DNA from: a virus
Taxonomy: Duplodnaviria; Caudoviricetes
DNA: 35,687 nucleotides
Direction: 5' to 3' (one strand)
Virus record (IMG/VR): IMGVR_UViG_3300022893_000003
Coordinates: 1-35,687 of that record
Shown: positions 18,314-28,800 of the stretch, one piece after another
Numbering within the stretch: the first letter of the stretch is position 1
How the letters are laid out: each line of letters starts with the position of its first letter
Position numbers and translations under genes: made by a program
The notes under the pieces: generated by a model
What the model was told of the DNA's origin: nothing
The model's database searches: none
The model's input: only the letters and a program-made list of their open reading frames with translations

Positions 18314-20109
18314 TGCCTACTAAGACTCTTGGCCCATGGCCTGCTGGTTTGAACCTGTCTACTAACCGTAGCCAGTCAGTATATTTGGCTGATAGTGAAC
18401 TTGGTGAGGCAAAAAATTTAATCTATTCTACAGAAGGTTTTCTTTTACCTAGGCCCGGCTGTAAGACATTACTTAGTAATGGTTTAGTTGATCTTTATGA
18501 GCATATGTCTGCTGGTGAGTTTAGTCTTATCGGTATGGTAGATACTGGTGTTTATGGGATTTGGACTATAGTTCAGGTAACAGTTGGTGTAGATACATAT
18601 TTATATAAAATTAGGGATCAAGATAAAGAATTACTTGATGAAAATATTAGATTAATTGCTCATATCAATACAGGTGCTAAATTTACACATCTGATTGTTC
18701 ATTCAGGATTTGTTACAGAATATACTGATATTGATCCTTCTGAGCCTACTAATGTTTATACTTACCCAGCAGATACTGGGGTTTTACTTTTTACAGATAC
18801 AGATAATGAATCTTATATTACATCAATGAATTTAGATCAACCTATTACAATGATTGATCCTGCATTACAAATTCCTTCAAGTCATTATGGATTGATTGTT
18901 AAGGATAGGTTATTCTTATTCCATCATAATAAGAATAAAATGATTTGGGGACCGGCTGTTTATATTTTAGACTTTAGAACTAACCTTGTCTATTCACCTT
19001 TTGGTATTGATGCAATGGGCGTAGAGATTATTGAACCTACGACACCTGATGATACTATTAGATGTGTAGAATTTTACAATAATAATTTTTATATCTTTAA
19101 ACGTGCCGCTACTTTTATGTTTACTTATCAATTATCTCCATATACAGATGGGTATATGCGTAAGATTAGTGCAGAACAAGGTGCATATGCTAGTACTATT
19201 TTCCGAGAAAATATCATTGTAATTAATAATAAGGGTGTTTTTAGTGTAGTAGGTACTGAGTTTGTTGATCTTCAACGGAAGATGAACTTCCGATTTGAAA
19301 TTCCAATTGATCACCCTAATATTACTAATAGAGATATATTTATTACTAACTTCAATAATAATGTATTATTTGGTTTTAGAGATATAGTTACAGATCCTGC
19401 CTTTCCTAAATATTATTATTATAATATGGACGCTACAACAGGAGCCTGGAGTAACTGGTCTTATACATATGCGGATAATATTGCCGCTCCCGGTAGTGAA
19501 TACTTTCTTATTCAAAATACTAATACTACTACACTTAAGATGTTGTTTGTAACTTGGAATAGAAGGCATGTAGTATTTATGCATTGGAAACCCCATCCTA
19601 CTCTATATGATTATCATATGGATGGAGATATTGTTAGTACAACTAACAATCTTTTTTATTATCTTCCAAATGTAGAAATTAAAACTACAGCCAATGTTGG
19701 CGATAGCATTCTTAAATATAAAAAACTTTATAGATATTATGTTAGACTTTATCTATCAGAAATCCCTGTATCAGAAAATGAAGAGCCTTTATGGACACTT
19801 AGTTTAAATTATAATTCTTATAAATTTGATAGTGTTATGAATCCAATCTTTGGTCTTTATCCTACAAAACAACCTTTCCCTGATCCTAAATCTAATGTAA
19901 TAGATACTGCTGTATATACTAGAACCTATCAAGTACGTATTCCTCAACAGAGAGTTAAAGAATTTGTATTTGAATTAAAACGTAGATTTAGTAAAATTAA
20001 TGCAGATGATATAGTTATTAATCCTGATGGTGATAGGCCCCTTAAAACTGGATACTATTGGCAATTAGCAGGTATCTGGTTTGATTACCAGGATAAGGCA
20101 GGTATTTAA
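18313..20109 (+). CDS. Tail nozzle/stabilisation protein (tail tubular B or P22 gp10-like)
   Basis: N-terminal AGLN...AKNL...G.L.PRPG, a beta-propeller-like body, and position after the adaptor. Confidence 0.75.
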   Translation: MPTKTLGPWPAGLNLSTNRSQSVYLADSELGEAKNLIYSTEGFLLPRPGCKTLLSNGLVDLYEHMSAGEFSLIGMVDTGVYGIWTIVQVTVGVDTYLYKIRDQDKELLDENIRLIAHINTGAKFTHLIVHSGFVTEYTDIDPSEPTNVYTYPADTGVLLFTDTDNESYITSMNLDQPITMIDPALQIPSSHYGLIVKDRLFLFHHNKNKMIWGPAVYILDFRTNLVYSPFGIDAMGVEIIEPTTPDDTIRCVEFYNNNFYIFKRAATFMFTYQLSPYTDGYMRKISAEQGAYASTIFRENIIVINNKGVFSVVGTEFVDLQRKMNFRFEIPIDHPNITNRDIFITNFNNNVLFGFRDIVTDPAFPKYYYYNMDATTGAWSNWSYTYADNIAAPGSEYFLIQNTNTTTLKMLFVTWNRRHVVFMHWKPHPTLYDYHMDGDIVSTTNNLFYYLPNVEIKTTANVGDSILKYKKLYRYYVRLYLSEIPVSENEEPLWTLSLNYNSYKFDSVMNPIFGLYPTKQPFPDPKSNVIDTAVYTRTYQVRIPQQRVKEFVFELKRRFSKINADDIVINPDGDRPLKTGYYWQLAGIWFDYQDKAGI

Positions 20110-20342
20110 TGAAGCCTTATTCAGTTAATAAGGTTTATAAAACAGGTTCCCCTGTCGCTCATAAGGGTGGTGCTCTCAACCCGACAGGGTATATTAATAG
20201 GGAGGTTAACAAGGGTTCTCTTATTAAACCTTCTAATAGGCGTTCGAGACTAGCCTCTAAAAGTCTTGAACGTGCTGCTCAAAGACGACAAGCCAATAAA
20301 CAGCAGATTCTTATGTATAAGAAGAAAGGAGGGGTGCGATGA
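20109..20342 (+). CDS. Small basic protein
   Basis: TAATG and ATGA couplings; K/R-rich. Confidence 0.7.
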   Translation: MKPYSVNKVYKTGSPVAHKGGALNPTGYINREVNKGSLIKPSNRRSRLASKSLERAAQRRQANKQQILMYKKKGGVR

Positions 20343-21034
20343 CAGTTAAAATAGGTGGAAAAACTTATAAAGGTAAGTATAAAGGTCCGGATAAATTTAA
20401 AGGCGACGAGAAAAAATTAGCCGTTTACTATGCAGCAAAACGTAAGGCTGCTTCTGCTCCTAAAACTACTGCCAAACCTGCTACTACTGCATCTAAACCT
20501 ACCACTACTGCTACTCCTCTTAAGCAAGTAACTGCTCCTACTGGCAGTGTTTCATCTAATAGTAGTGGAAATATTCAGTTACAGACAAATGCAGATATTG
20601 AGAATCAGGCTCTTGAGGCTAGTCAGACATTAAAAGATGAAGAAGAAAAAGCAACTCAACTTCAGCAACAAGGTCTTATAGCAGAAATGGCTAACAAATA
20701 TAAAGCACGAAATTCTTTTGATACTCAACGTAGTAGATCAAATCAAATTATGGCAAGTCGTGGTATGCGAGGTTCCGCTGCCTTACAACAGAATGCTTTA
20801 GATAAGAGAGACTACGGGACAGCATTACAAGATATTGCTGCTGCTAGAGCCGCTTCAGATAAAGAAGCAGAAAATATTAAAACTACTGCAAAAAATTGGT
20901 GGGATACCAGACAAGGACAATTAAATCTCTCTCGACAGCAGTACACTAATGAGAGGTCTAAGAGTAGCCCTACTTCTGGTAGTACTCCTGTTAATAGTGG
21001 AGTAAAAGCAACTACTCCTTATAAAAAGTCCTAG
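20339..21034 (+). CDS. Probable internal virion/ejection protein; true end may be 21071 via a +1 shift
   Basis: Ala/Gln-rich coiled coil with MASRGMRGS. Shares its N-terminus with 21772..22836. Confidence 0.78.
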   Translation: MTVKIGGKTYKGKYKGPDKFKGDEKKLAVYYAAKRKAASAPKTTAKPATTASKPTTTATPLKQVTAPTGSVSSNSSGNIQLQTNADIENQALEASQTLKDEEEKATQLQQQGLIAEMANKYKARNSFDTQRSRSNQIMASRGMRGSAALQQNALDKRDYGTALQDIAAARAASDKEAENIKTTAKNWWDTRQGQLNLSRQQYTNERSKSSPTSGSTPVNSGVKATTPYKKS

Positions 21035-21070
21035 CAGTTACGCAGCCAAACGAAAGGCAGGAAAAAAGTA

Positions 21071-21763
21071 ATGTCTAGTGATTACACTAGGAATGATAGT
21101 GGTTGGAGGCCAAGCGCCGGTAAGAGTAGGGCACAGATTGAAAAAGAAAAAGCAGCAGAACTTGGACGTCGTAAGCGTGGGGGTCATGGAGCGTCTGCTC
21201 CTAGTGGACCATCAAGGGGTAGCGGTTACGGCACTGAATCTTCTAAGAGGCCTGAAGGCGGTAAGCGTAAACCAGATAAGCCAAAAAAGCCTAGGGGTCA
21301 TGGTGCGTCTGCTCCTTATGGTCCTATTAGGCCCGGTGGTTATGGTACTGAGAAGTCTAAGAAGCCTGGTGGTGGACATCAGGATGCTGCTGGACGTAGG
21401 CTTTCTGGTGGTGGAACTTTTGGCGGTGGTAGGACTTCTGGTGGTGGGACTTTTGGTCATAAGTCTCCTAAAGGTTTACAGTGGAGGTCAGAGCATAATC
21501 CTTGGGGTTCTTATACTCCTTATGATAATGAAAAAGATTCAAAAGGCGGTACTGATTGGTCACGACGTCCTACTAGTGCAAATAAAAGGGATAAGACTAA
21601 AACCTATATTTACAGCGCTGGGTCAGGGGCTTCTTGGGGAAAGATTGCTAAGGAGTCAGGCGTTTCTGTCGCTGACTTAAAGAAGGCTAACCCTTGGCAG
21701 ATGAGAAGGCGCAATGGGGTTATTTACCGTAACTCTAAGATTCGTATTCCTGGTACTAACTAG
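21071..21763 (+). CDS. Gly/Lys/Arg-rich protein with a C-terminal LysM domain
   Basis: YIYSAGSGASWGKIAKESGVSVADLKKANP...IYRNSKIRIP fits the LysM consensus. Internal 114-bp-period repeat. Confidence 0.8.
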   Translation: MSSDYTRNDSGWRPSAGKSRAQIEKEKAAELGRRKRGGHGASAPSGPSRGSGYGTESSKRPEGGKRKPDKPKKPRGHGASAPYGPIRPGGYGTEKSKKPGGGHQDAAGRRLSGGGTFGGGRTSGGGTFGHKSPKGLQWRSEHNPWGSYTPYDNEKDSKGGTDWSRRPTSANKRDKTKTYIYSAGSGASWGKIAKESGVSVADLKKANPWQMRRRNGVIYRNSKIRIPGTN

Positions 21764-21771
21764 GAGTAGAT

Positions 21772-22836
21772 ATGGTTGTAATTAATGGAAAGACGTATAA
21801 GGGGAAATATAAAGGCCCCGATAAATATAAAGGCAAACCCCCTCCTGCTAAGACTGATAAATATTTAACTGAAGCAACTCAATTAGGTACGTCTAAATAC
21901 TCTCCTGTGTTTGCTCAAATTGCTGCTAATGAGGCAAGCAATAAGGGTGCTTATAGTACAGGTTCATCTCAGCGTATTAATGCACTCAATGCTGAGTTAG
22001 GCAGTATGGAGGCTGCCAACGCTACTACACAGAAAAAACTAGGAGATTTAGGTACTGAGTCTGGTACTATGTACCAGCAGGCATTAGCCAAAAGTCAATC
22101 TGATTTCCAAAATCAACAGTATAAAACGAATATTACTAATACTAACCTGATGTCTTCTCTCCAGTCGGAAATGGCCGCACGCGGACTCACAGGCACGACA
22201 GCCGGTCAGCAACGACTAGCGACTAATGCTGCATTTGGAAATAATCTTGCAGGTGCAGTTAATGAAATTAATCAAGGAGCATTAATGAGACAAGGTACTA
22301 ATGCTCAGGACACCTTTGGTCAAATGAAGGGGTCTGGACAAATGTTGCATCAGACTAGTACTTCTGGTGCTAGAGGCGAAGCACGCTCTGCATTAGATCA
22401 GTTATATAATACATATCTTGAAAAAGAATTAGAGATGCAGGGACAGAAGACAGTTACGGAAAAAGAGAAGAGTGATTACATCCTTCAAACTAGGATGACT
22501 CTTAAGGAGCAGGCTGCACAGGCTGCTGCGGCTAAGGCACAGGCTGCCGCTCAATCTGCTGCTGCGGCTGGTAATCTCAATTATAAATATGAGGCACTTA
22601 AGGTCGGCACGCAGTATAAGTATGACGCACTCGCATCTAAGACAGCGCAGAATGATATCGCTAACCAACTTAAGGAACGTGGCTTTAGCCACAAACAGGC
22701 TATGGACATCGCTAATCTGTCGGTTAAGAAGGGTGCTCTCGATCTTAACTGGGAGAAGTTCAAGTCTGGTGGTGGTACGAAGTCTGGTATGAGTAATGAG
22801 CGGGTTGCAGAGATTATCGCTTCGTTAGGGAGTTAG
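21772..22836 (+). CDS. Probable internal virion/ejection protein
   Basis: A/Q/G-rich helical protein with MAARGLTGT, AGGAG RBS, located before the giant virion protein. Confidence 0.78.
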   Translation: MVVINGKTYKGKYKGPDKYKGKPPPAKTDKYLTEATQLGTSKYSPVFAQIAANEASNKGAYSTGSSQRINALNAELGSMEAANATTQKKLGDLGTESGTMYQQALAKSQSDFQNQQYKTNITNTNLMSSLQSEMAARGLTGTTAGQQRLATNAAFGNNLAGAVNEINQGALMRQGTNAQDTFGQMKGSGQMLHQTSTSGARGEARSALDQLYNTYLEKELEMQGQKTVTEKEKSDYILQTRMTLKEQAAQAAAAKAQAAAQSAAAAGNLNYKYEALKVGTQYKYDALASKTAQNDIANQLKERGFSHKQAMDIANLSVKKGALDLNWEKFKSGGGTKSGMSNERVAEIIASLGS

Positions 22837-22838
22837 TA

Positions 22839-25800
22839 ATGCCGGGTGCGTATGGGACATCAAGTGGCGGGCAATACCGGCCTCCTAAAGGTAATACAAG
22901 TCTTTCTCCTTATATAGCAAAACCTGTTAAATCTGTTAAATCTGAATACTACGCTAAACCTACGGCTATGACTGATCTGCCTGGATGGGCTAAAGAAATA
23001 CGGGCAGGCGCTAATTTCATGCCTATGAAGGTTAAGCCTATGTCTTACAACTATATGGCTATTGCTGAAGGTCCAAACCGCGCTGTGCCTTATAGTGCTC
23101 CGACAGCCACGCAAACTACCATTGGTAGCGCGTACTTCAAACCTACAGATGATGTGGCTGGTGGGATTAAGAAAGAGCATAATCTATGGCAGGACATTAA
23201 GAATCTGGGTGGAAATATTGTCCATAAGGGCGGCTCCTTACTCATGGGCGCTCTGGATGTTATCTCACGTCCAGGATATATGGTACGGAATTTATACAAG
23301 TCTAACTTAGAGAATTATTATTCTCAAGATGGAGATATTAATGGTTGGGAAGCCTTATTAGGCGTTATTGATACTATCACTCCTGTCGGGATTGTTAAAG
23401 ATTTAGCGACAGGGCATATGGATGAAAGGCTTAAGGCAGGCTGGGAGGGGCTGTCGGGTCAAAAAAAGACTTCGATGAAAGATATACTCAATTTTACGAA
23501 TCCTGAGTTTACAGAAAAACATAAGACAGCGACTAATATTTTATCGGTTATAGGTGACATTGCTACTGATCCTATTACTTGGGTTACTATGGGTGCAAAT
23601 CCTGGTAGTATTGCTAGGTTAGGTGGAGCAGGCGCTAAGTTAGCCATGGGTGATAAGATGGCTGCTGCTCGTCTATGGGAAGAAACTATCTTTACTAAGA
23701 CAGGGCGTGCAGCAGGTTTAAATGTAGTTAAGAGTGATATTAGGAATAGGGAGGCACGTCGTCTTGCGCGTAAAGGGCGAGGCGTAGATAAGCAGTTAAC
23801 TAAGGCAGAACAAGGTAAGAAAACTAAGTTAGATGCAGATGCACTTAGGGCTAAGAAAGTAGAGATTACACAGAGCATTAAAGATAAAATGGATGAAGAT
23901 TTACAAGGTGCTGCATTAGCGGCAAAGATTTTTAAGAAGAGTCTGCCTACTTTAGGTTTGACTACGCTTAGTAGGTTTAATACTGGAGCAGGAGCCTCGA
24001 CAGCACTCAAAGGTGAGGAAGCCCTTAAAGTTCTTAGTAATAATTTTCATGCAGGAGTTGCTAATAATCTTGAAGGTACAGATCGTTGGAAGGCTTTTTA
24101 TGTAGCCAATCAAGGTAGAGATTTTAGATATACGACAGAAACAGGTCATGTAAAAACAGTTAAATTATCTGAGGCTAAAAACCTTAAAGATTTTATTAGG
24201 ATGGTTTCAGAAGAAGCAAGTCCTATTGCTCGATATGCAGAATCAGGTGCTAAGGCTGCACGGAGTCGTAAAGGACGTAATGTTGCTGTTAGTGCCCGTG
24301 GACATACTTTCTTAAATCAGTTCAAGACGCATGTTGAAGATAATATGCTTATTGCTTTAAGTGATGATGCTACTCAAAAAGCATTTGATTCACATAGGGG
24401 TCTTTTAAACTTTATTGATAGTACACCTGCGGCTACAGATGATATGAAAGGTACTGATAAATTAATTAGAGTTAGTCAAGAAGATTTACTTGATGATGCA
24501 GTTGATACCTCATTTGATGCACTTGAAAGAGCGGCTAAGGGAGCGCGAGAGGCTTCCGGAAAAACAAACTTTAAAAAAGATAAAGCACATATTATGGTTG
24601 AAGGTATAGATGGTAAGTATCGTAAGGTAAGTATTAAGGCTGCCCGCGCGGCTGCTGAAACTGATAGTATTATTAGAAAAGCACGAATCGAACGTAGAGT
24701 TACTTTAGCACAACGTACTAAAGAGCAGTTGGCTACTGATAGAATTTCTGGAGTTTCTGATAACGTTGCTGTTGCTCGCGCTAATTTCTTAAAGGCTGCG
24801 GAGGCTGTTCGTGTAGCACGGGAAACTGGTGCTGATAATTATGAGGCATTGGCTAAGGCTAGAGAGGCTCTTGGTACAGCATTAGCAGATGTATCAAAGG
24901 CTACTAAGGGAGCATGGGAAAGTAAAGTTCCTGAAGAAGCCAAAAAAGTTTATAATAGTATGCGTGAAGTTCTTTACGATTCAGGAAACTTTACGACTGC
25001 TGAGCGCACTAAATACATGGCTATTCTTAAAGATACTAGTATGCCAATGGAAGAGCGTATTGCACTTATCCTTAGAGATAAGGATATGTCTAACAGTGAA
25101 GCACAGGAACTTTTAGGGGATGCCTTTAAAATTCATATCGACGAGGATGGTGTTATTCATGTTACTCGCGGTGGCGATCTTAGTCATATCCCTGAAATTA
25201 TTAAGGCTGTTATTCGTGATCGGTTTGCCCAGCGCATTGCTGGCGGACAGTCTGGTGTTAAATTAGAAGATAACCCCTTAGAAAATATCTTCCGAGTTGT
25301 GGCTGATGGTAAAAACCCTGATGCACCAGCCTATCTTCGTGATGTTAATGGCGAATTAGGCATGATGATTTTAGATGGTTATCGTGCGGCTGCTGAATAT
25401 GCAATGAAGAATGATTTATGGTCTGATCCTGAAATTCTTTTTGCTACAATCCATAACTCGATGAGTGAATTCACTAACCTACTGTCAGCAGACATGAAGG
25501 CTCAGGTTGGACAATTTTTATACAACACGACAGGGCTGCGACTTCCTGACGAGTTCGTACCTAAGTTTACAGATATTATTGACTTATTAAGTAATAAAAA
25601 GATGGTGTGGAGAAATGCTGATGGTAAACCTGGTAATCAGGAGATACCATGGCAAGAATTCGGTATGCAGATGCAGCGTTGGTTAATTGGTAGTTCAAGT
25701 GAGAAAGGTTTATTCAAAGGTATTTTTGATGTAAGAACACTACCAGGCGCTAAAACTGGTCACGATATGGTAGACCTTTTAAATCAAATTACTTTTAAAG

Positions 25801-28800
25801 CACTTCATGTCGATATTGATGTTCCTGGAACTACTCCTGAACATATTAATGCTATTAATAGTATTACGGAAAGTATTAGGTATCTTGAAGGTTTAGTTGC
25901 TCCTGCTCCGGTCAATGGTGTGACTGGTTCTGTTAATCGCTACAGCATGACTGATTTTATGATGCATGCTAGGGAAATCATAGCAGCACATAAAAAGCCT
26001 ACCACTCTTCCTGGTGGTAAAGCAGGCGCAGGTCGGCTGTCGGCTCTTGATTCTTTTACATACGCAGATGAGAGAACTGTAGCAGCGCTAGAGAAATTAG
26101 ATCAACTTAGAGTACTTAGTGCTCAAAAGAATGACCCTATACTTGCTGAATTAGCACAACGACAGTTGTCAGCACTATTTATTAAGCATGGTGGTATTGA
26201 TATTGTTAAAAGTGTTACTATGCCTCCTAGCGGTAATTTGGCTGATCTTGATTTTGGTAAGCCCTTCAGTACACTAGGTGCACATGCGCGTATGAAAGAA
26301 GGAATGACTAATCGAACTGGCTTTGGTACTAAGCGTCATGCTGACTTAATGGAATCAATGTGGGGACAACAGACTCTTGTACATGAATGGCAGAAGGCTT
26401 TCCAGAATCAAATCTTGGATGAGGTCTTTGTAAAAGGTCGCACTATTCAGCAAGCAGGACGCAGACTTCAAGAGAATATTGATGCTGCCTTTGGTCCTTA
26501 TGAGAACATTAAGAAGCGAATCTATCCTACTAAAGGAGCCATCAATAAGGACTTGGCATTGGAAGGTAATGTTAGGCCCCCTGTCGGAGAGCCTGATATT
26601 GGCGCAAAAGCCGCAGCACCTCATGTAGAAGCCCTTATAGGTGTTAGGAAGGCTCAAGAGGATTTAGAGACAGCCCGAGCCAATCTTACTACTGCTGTTG
26701 ATAAGGTAAAGAATGCTGGACCGATTGATGATCCTACATTATTAGCCAATTTAAAGAAGGCTCAAACAGAATATGAAGAGGCTAAATTAGCAGAGAGTTC
26801 TAAGGCTGCTGCAACTGGTGAAGAAGGTAGTGTTGCTACAGGTCCGACAGAAGACCCTACAGATGTTGCTAATGTAGGTGTTGGACCACTTAATTTTACT
26901 GATGAAGAGAAGGAAGTAATCCGTAAGTATATCAGTTCAAGTTATGCGGGCGCTTCCCCACAGAAGGTTGCGAAGCAACTTCATGCGCTTAGCATGGCTA
27001 TTTCATCTGATGTATGGGCAGCACAAGCAGAACTTAATACAGCCCTTCAAGACTTTAGTATTAAATATGGTGCTAGTGTAAAATTTATGGGTATCCCATT
27101 CATGCCTATGGTTAACCCAATGAACGCTACTCATACTATTGCTGGTGTAATGCGTCTGGCTGAAGAAACTTCAAAGGCTACTAGATTCTTCGGTACTCTT
27201 TATGGTCCAGAGGCTAAGACTAGTTGGGGCGTACAGGCTCATAAATATCTGACTAAGCGTAGCCATGTTAATGAAGGTACGCTTGATCAACTCAGTACGT
27301 CAGTTATTAACTATGCTAGCATGACTAGGCAAAGAGTCTTTGCAGAGTTAGACGATCTATATAAGATTGCAGTTGAACAGACTGAATATTTAATTCCTCA
27401 AATTAATGCTATGAGCAGAAAAGATAAGTTTGCGTATATTAGGACACAGATTTTTACTCCTTCACAAGCAGGCGTACCTGACGCGCTTGAGCAATTTAAA
27501 TTAGCAGATGGTTCTAATCCAGTTCGAGAAATTGTTGCTAATATGGATACAAACGCTACCCGTGCGTTTGTTAGGTCAGCAGATGCAGGAACTAGAAAAG
27601 AGGAAATCTTAAAGTTTAATAGATATATGGATAAAGAGTATAGACTTGATGATATTATAGATATCAATATTATTGAGACTGCTATGAAGCCCGGAGGCGC
27701 TTTAAGTGATCCTACTCTTGTACCTTATACAAGAGAATGGTTCCAAAAGGTAGGACAACTTCCTGGTTCTGAAAAGTTTTCTACTAAGGAACTTTTAAAG
27801 ATTAATCTTGGGGCTCTTCAAACTGCTTTACATGATGCTAAAATCAAGATGTATGCAGGAGATAAACTACATAATGGTGTATTTGCACAGTTTTCATTTA
27901 AACGAAGTCCTACCGAAGTTGCAATGTATAATACTAAAGTTGTTCCTCAGATGTTAGATGTCAATGGAAAGCAATTACGTGGTAGATTAGTTAGTGTTGA
28001 TGATCTTCAAAGACTTGGTATTCCTGACAAGAATATCCCAGCAGCATTTAAAAAAGGTGGCTACTATATAGAAGAAGAGTTTGTTTCAGATATCAAAGTT
28101 TTGTTTGATTTTATGGATAACAAGCATAATCTAAATACAAATATTGATATGCAGGCTATAGATAAGATTCTTTCTAAGTTCAAGGCTAGTGTTACTATTT
28201 ATAAGGTTCCTACATACCCTGTACGTAACCTTATTGGTGATACTTTTATGTCAGCAATGGATGGATTGGTTGACCCAAGATATTATGGTGATGCTGCTGC
28301 TCTTATGCGTGATCACCATGAAGTTATGAAAGGTATTAATTTAGATGAACACGGTGAATTTATCAATCAATCATACTTGCAAAGAGAAATTGCTAGAGCA
28401 GCACACGATCCAGCAGTTGCCCCTGACGCACCTATTAACCCTACACCATTTAATCTTACACTTAAATTAATTGATGGTGATATTAAAATTAATGGCTCTC
28501 AGATTATGGATTCTTATTATCAATTAGGTTTAGGACAGAACCATACTTCTGGTGTTATTAATGAGTCTGTGGCTTCAGCACGACAAACACAGTGGGGTAA
28601 GAAGTTAGGTAAAGTCCATGATGGTTTAAGGGATTTGAATACAGTCCGTGAGGATTGGAGTAGGCTTTCTCATTTCCTTTATGCTATTGAGCGTGAAGCA
28701 CCTTTAGGTGGAACATACGAAGACGTTATTCGTAGGGCTGGTAATAGGGTAATTAAGTATCATTTTGATTATAATGATATTTCTATTTTTGATAAAGCAA

